From: Polymyxa betae A26-41
Lineage: Eukaryota; Protista; Endomyxa: Phytomyxea
Assembly: GCA_003693705.1 (NCBI GenBank)
Contig: RBZT01000650.1
Span: 1 to 53,911, forward strand
Direction of reading: 5' to 3'
Length of the DNA stretch: 53,911 nt
Numbering within the stretch: position 1 is the stretch's first letter; the number at the start of each line of letters is the position of its first letter. Under the pieces are notes generated by a model. It worked only from the letters and a program-made list of their open reading frames with translations, did no database searches and was not told the DNA's origin. A program made the position numbers and the translations under genes. Below, in pieces: positions 1 through 13,551 of the stretch.

Positions 1-234
1 ATGCTAACAGAAAAAGTCTTGAAAAATATAATGGGCAAATTTTCGATGAAACCTTGTTACCGAAACCGGTGTGGCAGGCCTCGCAAGAGACATGAGGATG
101 CTGCTGGCTTTGATATCGCGATGCATAATGTGATTTGTTGAAGCTAGATGAGATAGAAAAGCGTCCATAAGAGATCAATGTGAAGCCGACAGGATGGCGA
201 AAATTCGAAATCGATTAGGGTGATTGATGAGAGA

Positions 235-475
235 GTTTGCAGTCGAACTATTGGGTGAAAGCGATCCAACAATGAATACTGTCCATTAAGCATCTAAGCA
301 AACTGAATATATAATTCCAACAACTTCAGAGCCGTTAGTTTGGGTCTCGCTGAGAATGAGCATTTCGCTCGCCTGTCTGCCTATGCACTTCATCATTGTA
401 CGATCGATGCTGTCCATTGCTGCAAACTCTGGTGCCGTTATGGTTCGCTGACAACAGTTCCAGCTCCATTTTAAC
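235..475 (+). pseudogene. Possible degenerate hAT transposase C-terminal (dimerisation-domain) remnant
   Basis: Across frameshifts and a stop the translation reads NYW...HLSKL, IPTTSEP, ...LHHCTIDAVHCCKLW. This loosely resembles the hATC pattern WW...LSxLA...P.TS...ER.FS...L....V.AL....W. Confidence 0.22.
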
Positions 476-855
476 AAGAAAAAACCATGTACTACTGTAT
501 TAAAAAAGTATTCGTAAGTTGCCGATAGCCAAACCGCTCGCCGAATTTGGCCGTATGTTTTAGATATACGTATATTGATATGGGTGGCGACCTGCGCTGT
601 AAACATATTTACAGGCTGAGCCTATAAATATGCGCACATATTTGGGTCGCAGGTCGCAGGTCCTCACAGTGCCACGGAAAAAGAATGGCGACCTGGACCG
701 TTTATATTTTCAATGACAACAAAAAATACGCAGGATTTTTGATGAATTCTCTCGAGAGCGAGCCGAAGAGCATTTATCCCTTCCAAAACAAACCGATATT
801 CGTTCTTTCTACTAGATTATTATCTCAAAAAACCTTAAAAATGCAATTTATTATG

Positions 856-1017
856 GACTCTCTTATAATTAATTTTGGGAAAATACTTATTAATTATTAA
901 ATACAGGAGAGTATTAATTATAAGCCAAAGAACGGATGTTGGGAGAGCACATGTGTATCAATTACATATAAGAGATTATTATTTATAAGAACATTATTTA
1001 TAAGAGAGTCTACAGTA
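856..1017. mobile_element. MITE-like element or DNA-transposon end (Tc1/pogo-like inverted repeats)
   Basis: Perfect 13-bp inverted repeat GACTCTCTTATAA (856-868) / TTATAAGAGAGTC (998-1010), followed by TACAGTA. Internal repeated ATTATTTATAAGA units; AT-rich and non-coding. Confidence 0.45.
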
Positions 1018-2051
1018 TCAAGGATTCGTAGAAGATTTTCCAGTGTTGCCGATATTCTTTGGCGGCATATTTTATTTGCTTCGGAGTCAAGGATTTACCA
1101 TCACGCCCACTTATGCGATATGCATCAATCAATCTGTACCATTTCCTGGCGGCATTCTAGAGCGCGTGGTACAGTTTGAAACAAATCACTGAAGTTATAG
1201 GTGCAATGGGTTTGTGCATAGATTTCGCAGCGCCCCAGAAAATCGATTGAGCGTTTGCGTACGGGATTATGGAACCCTCATTTCCCATACAATTTTTTTT
1301 CAAAAAAATCCAGCGTGGCTGCCTTTCATTCGTCCATATCTGTCGATTGGCGCTTGGATTGAGGTTGGCTAGTCTGAGTTATTATTTGGGAGGTACACTG
1401 GTACAGTATGCAATAACAAAATTACAGAGTTATGAGGTCCGCAACGTTACCTCGGCTGCGATGTGCGGACATTGTAATAGAGCACTTCGGCCCCGTGTAT
1501 GCATTGAAAGTTGCACCGTATTAGAGCAGTCCGTAAATAAAAGTTTGAATCATAGAAATTCACACAGTAGGTACTGTATATTGATTGCTTGTCCGTAATC
1601 TATGCGAAATAAAAAAAGCTAACCTGCCGCTTCACGTGACTTTACCTTTCACCTATTACCTACGTTTATCCCAAAGAAAGAGGGTTCGGATGGGTCTCAC
1701 TAATGCTCAAAGATCACATCGGACCTCTACATGCTGTACACAGAATTACTATGAAACTTGTCTTCAGGGAGGGAGTGTATGGGATCCTGGACTGACGTCA
1801 ATCAATTAAGCCACATGAACAACTCTAAGCGAATAGATCTACGTTGAGTGAATACAATTGAGAGTGTTTTCAGCTCTGGTAACTTGACATGGATATTGTT
1901 TTTATGATTTATCACAACAATCGTCTTGAGTGCTGACACCGTCGCAGAAAGTGAGAACTGCGCGACTGCTAGGCCGGCGTCTTTCAAGAAAAAACTCCGT
2001 ACCGAATAGACTTTGCGAAACATTAAATATTCGACCGGCGACATTGTGACG

Positions 2052-3940
2052 ATGGGCGCCTGCTTCGTCTGCCCTGAGACCGGCACGAAAGCTGTCGTGA
2101 CCAGGTCAGGCCCGTATTGCTGTCGATGATCTGCATGAATATGACCCATTTGTGCTTTAGGTTCGGCAGATTCAGTCATGTCGTTGAGGTGAGCTGTCAT
2201 CTCCTGATCTCAACTCTCCATTTGAAACCAATGACGATGATAGCCTGGATGTCATGTATTGAATCCGTTAATGTGCAATGTCGTTGCTGGAACCGTCTCA
2301 CTTCGTGTTCGTGAATCCCGTCACGCTATTGATGTTAAAGTCAGTTCCAAATGCCCTATTGCACGATTTCATTTCGTTTTGCATCATTTATGTTGGAAAC
2401 AACACATTGTAAATCGGTTTGAAAATTTTGGTTCAATTTTCTGTTTCCATCTAACACTCCATATACAATTTTTTCGCTCATTCAATGCTAATAACTTTTC
2501 CACAGACGAAAGGTATGCATTTGTGCTTGTTGTATGTCAGAATCATGTACTTAATACGGTGCCATTTGCGTTGCCCTATTTAGATAATGTAAGCGGGAGT
2601 AGGGCGGCTATCATTCTGGTACTGATTATGGGTCTGTAGGTGTTCTTATCACTTTCGGTTGCGATCCAATACGAAGTCATCCCCGATAAGGTCTATGAGG
2701 CCTTCTACAAACTACAAAATCCGCAGAGCCAGATGGAGGCGTACGTTGTCGATGTAAGGCTCCACCTCTCTAGGTCGAAAAATCGAAACTGAACCTACCC
2801 AGGTCGTACGCGCCCACATTCCTCGATTGGTAACAGCGGCAATCGGTTTCGTTGACGACATCAATCTCACGTGTGTTCACAGAGTCTGGATATGGTGTTC
2901 GTGGAGAAAGAGGTAATCGCCGTCCTCGTCATGCTCTCGGCTCACCTGAATATTTGTTCATAGAATCTGTCCCAGCAGATTCGTGGCGGTGAGTGTGAAT
3001 GGTGTGCTGGGGTGACCTCCTGCCCATGATTGATTATAGAGCTCGGTGAAGCCATGGCTAGCTACGGCTATCTAATCCTGAAGACGTCTGTCTCGTCATT
3101 TGTTGTCGGCATTCAGGGCTTTGATTCACTGGTTCAGGTTGATTACCGACATCGATCCGTCCGGTGAGGTGAAACAGGCCATGAATGAGATCGTTAAACA
3201 GCAGCGTTTGAAAATGGGTTCGTGTTGCCTGTTTGTTCGATTACAATATGTGACGTGATTTTTGGGTTGCTTTTAGCTGCCGAATTTAAAGGCGAAGCGA
3301 CCAGGATTCTGGCCGTTAAGACGGCCCAGGCCGAAGGTGAGAAAATCCGGATCCAGGCCGCCGCCGATGCCGAGGCCAAGTTCCTGAACGGTCAGGGAAT
3401 TGCACGACAGCGAGCGGCTATCATCAACGGTATGCTTTGCGTTTGTTTTCGACGCGAAACAACTTCAGTTTCTTCATTATCACGGTTTTCGCTGCTTTTT
3501 GGTATTCGCTTGTCGTTGTTCTTCTCGATCGAACTTTGGGTTTCTCAATCAAGATCGCCGCGGCATCAGAATTGCTTTCGTGATGGTGCTGACGGATGGC
3601 AGGTATGCGAGACGACGTCAGCAATTTCTCCAGCACGGTCGATAATGTCGGCGCTCGTGAAGTTCTGCATTTGATTGTCTTAACCCGTTAGTACCGCTGC
3701 CAACACTCCCTCTCCCATATTGGCTCATTCTATGCTATTTGTAAACAGAATATCTGGACACATTGCGCGATGTCGCAAGCAAGACGAAATCGAATTCGAT
3801 GTTTGTACCGCACGGCCCAGGCTCTGTCTCGGCCTTGTCCGAACAGGTTTGTTGTTATGCAATAATACAGATGCTTCCATGGACTGAGTTCGACACAGAT
3901 TCGGAACGGGTTTCTGCACGCCTCCGACGCCCCAAGCTGA
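2052..3940 (+). CDS. SPFH/Band 7 domain protein of the HIR (hypersensitive-induced response) type, multi-exon with microexons
   Basis: Manual splicing gives MGACFVCPETGTKAVVTRFGRFSHVVEPGCH...DVK-TK-DN-VFLSLSVAIQYEV...AFYKLQNPQSQMEAYVVDVVRAHIPRL...ITDIDPSGEVKQAMNEI...AEAKFLNGQGIARQRAAIINGMRDDV...LTQYLDTLRDV...MFVPHGPGSVSALSEQIRNGFLHASDAPS*. These are the hallmark HIR motifs (TKDNVF, GIARQR, TQY.DTL, PHGPG). All introns are GT-AG; stop TGA at 3938-3940. Confidence 0.92.
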
Positions 3941-3963
3941 TTGTGACCTCGGTATTATATTGT

Positions 3964-6256
3964 TTATGCAATGGCCGAGATGTATCTCAAATAAACATGT
4001 TTGGAGGCTTTCATCAGCGATTGCAGACGCCCGGTATCGAACGCCTCGTACGCCCTGGCGCCATCATCAGCGATGGCCACAACCACATCGAGACAGGTCG
4101 CTATATGTCTGGCCTCCAGCGAGTCACAAACCGCAAACATTCGCGTCACCAAATCTGGCAGACACGTCCGTCGATACGACGCCAGCGACCTATCACGATC
4201 TGCGTCGTTGAACCTCATCCATCCGTCAGGGTATTGGACGACGCCGAGCACGGCGCGCCGTGCAATATTGAAGAAATCGTCGCGCGTCGTCTCCCAGCTG
4301 TGCAGCTGCTCGCCGGCCGAACCGAACTGGATCTCGTCGAGGCGTTCGTCGACTGTTTCTGGCGCTGTAGTCCGTGGCCTCTTCGTCAGGAAACGCTCGA
4401 GGTCGTTGATCTTGCTGCGGGCTTTGATCAAGGCGAACCAGCAGAGCAGTTCCCGTTCATCATCGGTGTGATCATCAGAGGGCGGCGGACGCTGGAACTC
4501 GCGGTACAGGCGCAGGGCGTTATCGAACTGATCAGCGGCGATGAATTCGCGGAAGAAGGCGTTGGCCTGATGGATGGCTGTGACCGGATCCAGAGATTGA
4601 CAGCTGACGAGATCGTCGATGATATCCGTGACCATCTCGACATTGTCGTCTGAGATGGGCGCCGCCGGTGTAATCAACGTCAACAGACGCTGATTGATAC
4701 TCTGGACGATATCGGGCGTGAATCGCGACTTGGCCTGGTCCAGGAACCAGTTCCGGGTCTGGCTGGTCGTACAGGCCCGCAGCACCGTGGCGTACTCGTC
4801 GACCTGAACGCATCATTAGCGACACGACTGATAGGGACGTTTGGTTGAAACCGAAACCTTGATGGAATCGGGAAGGGCGGCGGCCGCATCCGGGATCAGA
4901 TGCTGGAGGTCGTGGGTCGTGCTCAAGTACCTACACGACACGAGGGCCAGTATCAACAGTCCACTCAGCGACACACGGAGATGGGCCAAACCCACCGAAT
5001 ATATCCGATCACGATGCGGGCGTTGAATTCGTCTTGTTCCGGGTCGGGATTCAGGGCTGCATAGAGACGGAATGCGAACTCGATATAAGTTGGGCGATGA
5101 TAGATACGATTGGAGGCGGATTCCTATCAGACTTGTCAATACAGATCGAATAGAAGATTGTGAATAACCCGACTGGTTCAGTCATTGCTGTATACAGCTC
5201 ATCATACACTTGCTGTAGATCATCCAGAGCCAGATACTTCATGATCCTATGATATGAATCCTTCCTCGCTCCAGGACGGGCCTCAGCATACGCCGACTCC
5301 GCCCATCGCACCAGATCCTCAACCTGAGCCGGCGCCGGCCTCTCCACGAACTGCTCGTCGTCCAGCGGCAGAGACGTCCTTAGGTCCAGCGTCTGCCTCA
5401 GATGCGTGTACAGCTCCAGGTCCTGGACCAGTACGGCCCAGCAGGCACACGTTACCCAGACGAATTCCTGCCAGGTCTCACAGACCGGATACACATTCTG
5501 GACGTCACCAGCAAGCAGGGCGTAGACCGCTCTCTCCCAAATAGAGGCGTTGGATGACGCCGCCATCTGCCTGCACGAATAGCGCCACAGCCAACGATGC
5601 CAATTGCCTTCGACCTCATCGCCAGCGATATGATAGGGCAGGGCGCCGGCCAGACTGACAGCACGCCAATCATGACCGAATGCCTGACACAGCTGCATAG
5701 CAGATGGCAGCTGGAGTGTCTCATCGGCCTGGGCCAGCATGCCGCCAGCGATCAGCTGCCAAACGCTGCGCCAGAATCGGGCCTCGGCTCGGGCATCATC
5801 GGCATGTAACTGTCGATCTGTATCGGGATGAAGATGATCATCTGGGCCTGATTTCGCCAATGTTTGTGAGTATGGTATTCCCCAATCCATTGCTATTGAG
5901 AGATGATCATCTCCATATTGATGGCGATGACCTTCCTCCAACCATAACACCACGCTCTGAGCGCGCTGTAACACCGCTGATCGACGCACGATACCATCGA
6001 GCAGGACGCGATGGCTGGATGTGGATGGTAGGGCGGGATCGGCTGGGTCGGATTCGTCGGCGATCTGGCCGAGCAAGGTCCAGACCGAGCGCTGGATTTT
6101 GAGGGCGGCCAGCTCGGCGGCGGCGTCTGAGGGCCGAAGCGATAGCTCCCAGGCCGTGTCGCGGACGATCTCGGGCGCCGCTGACAGTTCGGCGACGCGC
6201 GCGTCGATGGCGTCCAGCGCCACCTGGACGCGGTCGCGAGACGCCTCTGACGACAT
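3964..6256 (-). CDS. NUP107: Nuclear pore complex protein Nup107/Nup84 family, 3 introns
   Basis: ORFs 5051-6259, 4816-5139 (part) and 3964-4785 join through short GT-AG introns. Motifs W(R)AVSLAG...EGNWHRWLWR..C, WERAVYALLAGD...VYPVCETWQEFVW and C-terminal GWM...RRTCLP are typical of Nup107. Confidence 0.85.
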
Positions 6257-6313
6257 CACCTCAACAATGTTGTGCGCCTGTTAAGGCGGACTTCCTGGAA
6301 GGAGGCGGCATGC

Positions 6314-6333
6314 AAACCCTAAAACCCTAAAAA
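6314..6333. promoter_or_regulatory. Telo-box / interstitial telomere-type motif (CCCTAAAA)2 upstream of NUP107
   Basis: AAACCCTAAAACCCTAAAAA lies about 60 bp upstream of the NUP107 ATG. Confidence 0.45.
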
Positions 6334-7376
6334 CTGCTTTTACAGGGAATCACACGTTCAAGAACCGTTCCGCGATTTTGTGGAATGGGAGAAGTCGTAC
6401 TGTGCGGTTTATTGAAAACAAATGTGCAAATCAGTCCATTAATGATACTAAACAGCTGAATACTGATCATTGAAGGTCGTTCATCCATCAAAGGTTCAGG
6501 TATGTTCTCTCCATGACCCGAAGCGATCAAATACTTTTGAATGGAAATACGCGAGCAGTCAGGGAATGGATCTTGTTTTTACTACAATCAGCTTCATAGG
6601 TTGTCAATTCTTGGACAATGGTCGTCCCAGGCTAGAATGCGGAAAGATATCTTGAGACCCCAATTGGCGCACACAGAGCCAATAAAGCTGAACTGAATAC
6701 TTATAGTGATGCTCATGATATCATTGCTGGCGGTCGTCGTGTCCCTTAACGACACTGATAATAACGACCAAGATAAATTGCACGTTTACAGGTGGAAGCG
6801 CTGAGATCGAAGACGCGCGTTCTACAATGCGTTATCGAAATGGTGTGAAGGTGATTTTAGGTCCTGATCCATGCAGAGTATAGCGTTTCTTATTCGTTGT
6901 TCGTGGGCCAGTATCTCGGGGGGGGGGCATCACCGCTCGAATCCTGCTGAACACTACATCAGTATGGTATCTTGATCAAAGTTCTGGAAGTCGTTCACTG
7001 TGTCTCTGATCTGCTCTGGGTCTGTTTCTTGGCCTAATCGTATCTGAATGTAATACAACCATTACCTGATAGCGATACTCATACACTATGCGGATGCCAC
7101 TTCGCGGCGTTAATTAATTCCAATTCGAAAAGAACACACACGAGCTGTAAAATGAATCTGCATTTACTTGAATAACATTGGTTAGAGCACGACACTAACG
7201 TTGAACAGCTCTAAATTCGCAGTTGGATTTCCTCTTACTAAAACAATGTCTAATAGCAGCAGATATTGTTCAGAGACAGATCGTGAGTACATTCCTGCCT
7301 GGCACGCTCCATCTTCACCTTCGACAGCAAATATCCAAAACCGGGTCTTGGACATTGGTTGTCGTTTGGTCAGATC

Positions 7377-8416
7377 ATGGCCGACGCTCTCGGCGAATCT
7401 AAAGGTGACTCTGATCTGCATCACATCCAACAACAGCTAACACGTTTGCTACAGCGGCTTTAGAGCAGCAGCTCCAAGACCGACCATCACCAGACGATCT
7501 CGAACGTCGCGGTATCCTGAAACCAGGCGGGAACATCTCGGAAGCTCGTAGCGCCCTGGAACGTAATCTGACCAAGGCGATTGTCGCTCGACAAATGGCA
7601 CAACGCCCTGATTACGACGATCTCGTCCAGGCCAACATCGCATACGACGCCAATCTGGCGCCATCGCTGCAGGCGCAAGCTCGAGCTCTGGAGCGAAATC
7701 TGCGCTGCGATCAGCTGAACGCCGCCCTGCAGAATCGTCAGCCGCCTGCGATGCCGGCAGATTACGTCGCACCACGCCTTCGTTCAGCGCAGATCGCCTT
7801 AGAACAAGCTCTAGCTCGTGATCAGCTTAAACGTAAACTCAACAATCGTCCTCCGGTTGAGGAACTTCTCAAGAACAACATTCTAAAGGCGCCGCCATCG
7901 GTCGCGCCCTCCTTACAAGCCACACAGGTCGAGTTGGAGAAGCAGCTGCGTCTCGATCGTTTGAACGAGTTCTTGGCGACACGAGCACCGCCGCCGCCTG
8001 AAGACGTGGCGTCATCGATTCAGGGCGCTCAGCGCGACCTTCAGAAGAACCTTGCCCGGTCTAATTTGTATCATGCTTTACAGCAACGACCGAGCCCGGA
8101 ACAGATGCAGGACGCCGGTTTGATGGTGGCGGCGGATGAGCAGCGGACGTCGCTGGATGAATTCAGGCCGTTACAAGGCACGCCATACGATCAACGACGG
8201 CGAGGATTCGTGCTGTCGAGAACATTGCTGAAACTGATCGTGATAATGGCCGAGGCGGGAGAGATCACGGGCGCCCAAAAGGCGTTCCTCAAGGATCTCG
8301 TCGTGGATCAGGACGCCACGATCCTGGCGGCAGCCGATCTGGCTGTCGCTGATGACGATCTGGCCGAGCTGAAAGACTCGCTCCTGCGCCTGAGCTATCG
8401 GCCAGCGTTCACCTAA
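7377..8416 (+). CDS. RPEL-repeat (G-actin-binding) protein with a helical C-terminal domain
   Basis: Exon 1 at 7377-7404 (MADALGESK), a 50-nt intron at 7405-7454, then in frame with ORF 7595-8416. Repeated RPEL motifs: LEQQLQDRPSPDDLERRGIL, MAQRPDYDDLVQANI, LKRKLNNRPPVEELLKNNIL, LQQRPSPEQMQDAGL. Confidence 0.85.
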
Positions 8417-8462
8417 GAGTCGCCCAGGCCGAGCCTGGCGCCGTCCAGCTCCGTAATCATCT

Positions 8463-8645
8463 TACTAAACGCAGTTTTTCACTATGAGAATACAAGTTCT
8501 CTTTCTAAAGTAAACGCAGTTTTTCACGTACTCTCTCTATTACCAAAAGCAGTTTTCACTATGAAAAAGTCTCAAAAGTCAGCTGGTCTTTCTCTATTAC
8601 TCCACTACTTACTGTACTAAACGCAGTTTTTTTCTATGAGAAAAT
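8463..8645 (+). repeat. Degenerate tandem/dispersed repeat (AAACGCAGTTTTTCACTATGA x4)
   Basis: Copies start near 8467, 8512, 8545 and 8619. Secondary repeats CTCTATTAC and AGCTGGTCT also recur. Confidence 0.7.
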
Positions 8646-8774
8646 CTTAGGTATGATAGATGTGAGCTGGTCTCTAGCCAAATTTTTGCATATAAAAAAG
8701 GCACTTTTCGAGCATTTGAGACGAACCTAAAGCACATATAGTCGCATCATTAATCGAGCATTACAAATCCCAGC

Positions 8775-10712
8775 ATGATCGTTTTCCCATGGAAAATGAT
8801 GCAGTTTTGGCGTCGTTGTTCATTGGGGCGGTTGGAGCGAACGAGCTCCGTGACGGGCGTCATCGTGCGGATCTGCGCATCGATCAGGATGCGGGCGGTG
8901 TGCCCCTGGCGATACCTGATCGTCGCCAGCGATCAACCCGATCTGCTCCCATCCGCGGCTTTCATCAAGCATCATATCCTCGGTATCGAGGCTGTCGTCG
9001 ATCTCGACACCGACCTGATCTGGATCGCGCCAGACGCCACTCCCTGCCGCCTTCATCTATCTGGACGTCACTGGTCATCTGCCATCCCCATCGCTACGAA
9101 TCGCGGCCTGGTCGTACCCGACACCGCCATCTACATCTGTCGCCGCCCTCATCGCATCACCGCTCAATCTAACGTCGATGACGCCGCCCAAGTCGAACTG
9201 GCGCCCGGCGCCGTCGTCGTCGCGCATCCCGCCTTCGCCGTGACACGATCACCACGTCGATGGCGCTGCGAGTCCTCCTCGCCGATCTGTGCCGGACTCG
9301 GGCACGGGGGCAGCACGCCCCGCGACTTGATCGAACTGCCCGGTGATGCTCATCTGGATCATGTGATGGTTGGCGGTGTCATTCATAGCGCCATCGTGTA
9401 TGGTCCATCTGGTAATGGAAAACGAACCCGAATTCGCTCAGCTGCTATTCGAGCAGGTCGTGTTCATATCACCATCTCCATACCCGATCAATTCGCGGAT
9501 CGTCTCGCCGATCCCATCGAGGCCTTTCACGCCCAGCTGAAATCCTGTCTCGCTCTAGATCCGGTCGTCATCACGCTCCAGGCGATGTCGTTCGCCATCG
9601 CCCGCGACGATACCGCCTTCTGCAGCCGCGTTCGCCGCCTGCTTTACGATCCGCCTCCCGAAGCGACCATCATCGTCACAGCCAGCGAGCGCCTTCCTGC
9701 CGAGTTCGAAGACGTCGTGCAGGACATCGTGACGCTCGGCCTGCCAGATCCAGCAGCGATTCTGGGGGAGACGACGCCCCAACCTCGCCCCATCGCCGAT
9801 CTGATCGCCATCAAGCGACGCGCCCATCACAGCTCGCTGGCGGCGGCGCTGGCCGAGACCCCGCCGGCTACGCTACGCGACATCGTCGTGGCCGTCCCCG
9901 ACGTCCGCTGGGATGATATCGGCGGCCTGCCCGACACGATCACCGCCCTTCGACAGCTGGTCCAATGGCCGCTACAGAACTCGGCGGCGTTCACCGCCCT
10001 GGGCCTGACGCCTCTGAAGGGCTGTCTGTTATATGGACCTCCTGGGACCGGGAAGACGTTGCTAGCGCAGGCGGTCGCTACAGAATCACAGGCTGGGTTC
10101 GTGGCCATCACCATCGCTGATCTGATCCGTGGTGAGGTCGGCGCATCCGAGGCCTATCTCCGGGAGACGTTCGCCAGGGCGCGCGCCGCCCTTCCCTGCA
10201 TCGTCTTCTTTGATGAATTTCAGGCCATGTTCACGGTCCGCGATGCCGACGCCAGTCCGCTCCTGGCCCAGTTGCTGGCCGAGCTCGACTCCTGTCCGGC
10301 CGGAGTCGTCGTACTGGCCGCCGCCAATCGCCCGGACCTGATCGATCCGGCCCTGATGCGTCCGGGTCGATTCGATCGTGTCCTGTTCGTGCCGCCGCCG
10401 GACTTGGAAGGACGCGTCGCCATCCTGGAGCGGCTGCGGCGCCGGTCACCGTTCGCCGCCGATGTTGATGGCGTCGAGCTGGCCCGCGTTACAGATGGGT
10501 TCACAGGCGCGGATCTCCAGTTTCTGGTGCAAAAGGCGGGTCTGTGCGCTCTGCAACGTGATCCGGAGGCAACGCAGCTGGAACGAGATGATTTCATGAT
10601 GGCGCTACGATCCGGATGTTCGCCATCCGTCACGGATGCCGTCATGCAGCAACTACATGATTGGCGCGATTCGTTATCGGGAGTGAAATCGGGCGAGTTG
10701 AGATTATTATAA
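8775..10712 (+). CDS. CDC48/AFG2(SPATA5)-like type II AAA+ ATPase with degenerate D1 and intact D2; 5' end uncertain
   Basis: D2 has VRWDDIGGL, GCLLYGPPGTGKT (Walker A), IVFFDE (Walker B), AANRPDLIDPALMRPGRFD (SRH) and TDGFTGADL. D1 has a GPSGNGKRT remnant and no Walker B DE. Confidence 0.85.
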   Translation: MIVFPWKMMQFWRRCSLGRLERTSSVTGVIVRICASIRMRAVCPWRYLIVASDQPDLLPSAAFIKHHILGIEAVVDLDTDLIWIAPDATPCRLHLSGRHWSSAIPIATNRGLVVPDTAIYICRRPHRITAQSNVDDAAQVELAPGAVVVAHPAFAVTRSPRRWRCESSSPICAGLGHGGSTPRDLIELPGDAHLDHVMVGGVIHSAIVYGPSGNGKRTRIRSAAIRAGRVHITISIPDQFADRLADPIEAFHAQLKSCLALDPVVITLQAMSFAIARDDTAFCSRVRRLLYDPPPEATIIVTASERLPAEFEDVVQDIVTLGLPDPAAILGETTPQPRPIADLIAIKRRAHHSSLAAALAETPPATLRDIVVAVPDVRWDDIGGLPDTITALRQLVQWPLQNSAAFTALGLTPLKGCLLYGPPGTGKTLLAQAVATESQAGFVAITIADLIRGEVGASEAYLRETFARARAALPCIVFFDEFQAMFTVRDADASPLLAQLLAELDSCPAGVVVLAAANRPDLIDPALMRPGRFDRVLFVPPPDLEGRVAILERLRRRSPFAADVDGVELARVTDGFTGADLQFLVQKAGLCALQRDPEATQLERDDFMMALRSGCSPSVTDAVMQQLHDWRDSLSGVKSGELRLL

Positions 10713-10776
10713 CAGAAATAATATTGTTGTTTATTACAGCTCTTGTTCTGGTCCAGTATAACAGTGTTAGACACTA

Positions 10777-13083
<2,307 letters not shown>

Positions 13084-13551
13084 CTAAAGAAATAAAGAAT
13101 GCGCACCACACATTCGACATTTGAGCGAAAGTGCGGCGCAAGCGATAAGTGCGTAGTGGCTGAAAACACGTTTTCAAAGAAATGCGCAGTAAAAACCCAG
13201 CTTACGCTCTCGCTTTTTTGAGTTGCACTCAACTTACAGCAAGAAAAATGTCATTATTAATATCTGTCTTTATGCTTCCTATTTGATAAATGCCGTTGTA
13301 GGTAAATCGTAGTTGTCTCTTCGGGTAAAATTTCACTGCTGATAAGCAAATCGTAATTCATATTTTGCTTTTGTTTCTGGGTTGATGTTAATTTGGTGAT
13401 TGTAAATGCTTGATTAAGTATTGCAAGACTCAATGAAGAGAAAGGGGAGAACGCCTACAAAATTTCCAACATAGGAAAGCAGATGATCAAGGATAACCAT
13501 CTTCCACTGCTTATCAGTGGTAGTGCTATCAATTAAGATTTGGAATGCTTA

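Noticed and set aside
3763-4653. 296-aa plus-strand ORF
   Set aside because: Its start is an HIR exon read through an intron; the rest is the antisense shadow of GC-rich NUP107 coding sequence.
6500-7350. Short ORFs and coding-like fragments between NUP107 and the RPEL gene
   Set aside because: No consistent splice path or recognisable motif; a G-run and stops interrupt all frames.
8463-8645. CRISPR-like repeat-spacer appearance
   Set aside because: Eukaryotic context, degenerate repeats, irregular and partly repetitive spacers, and no cas genes.
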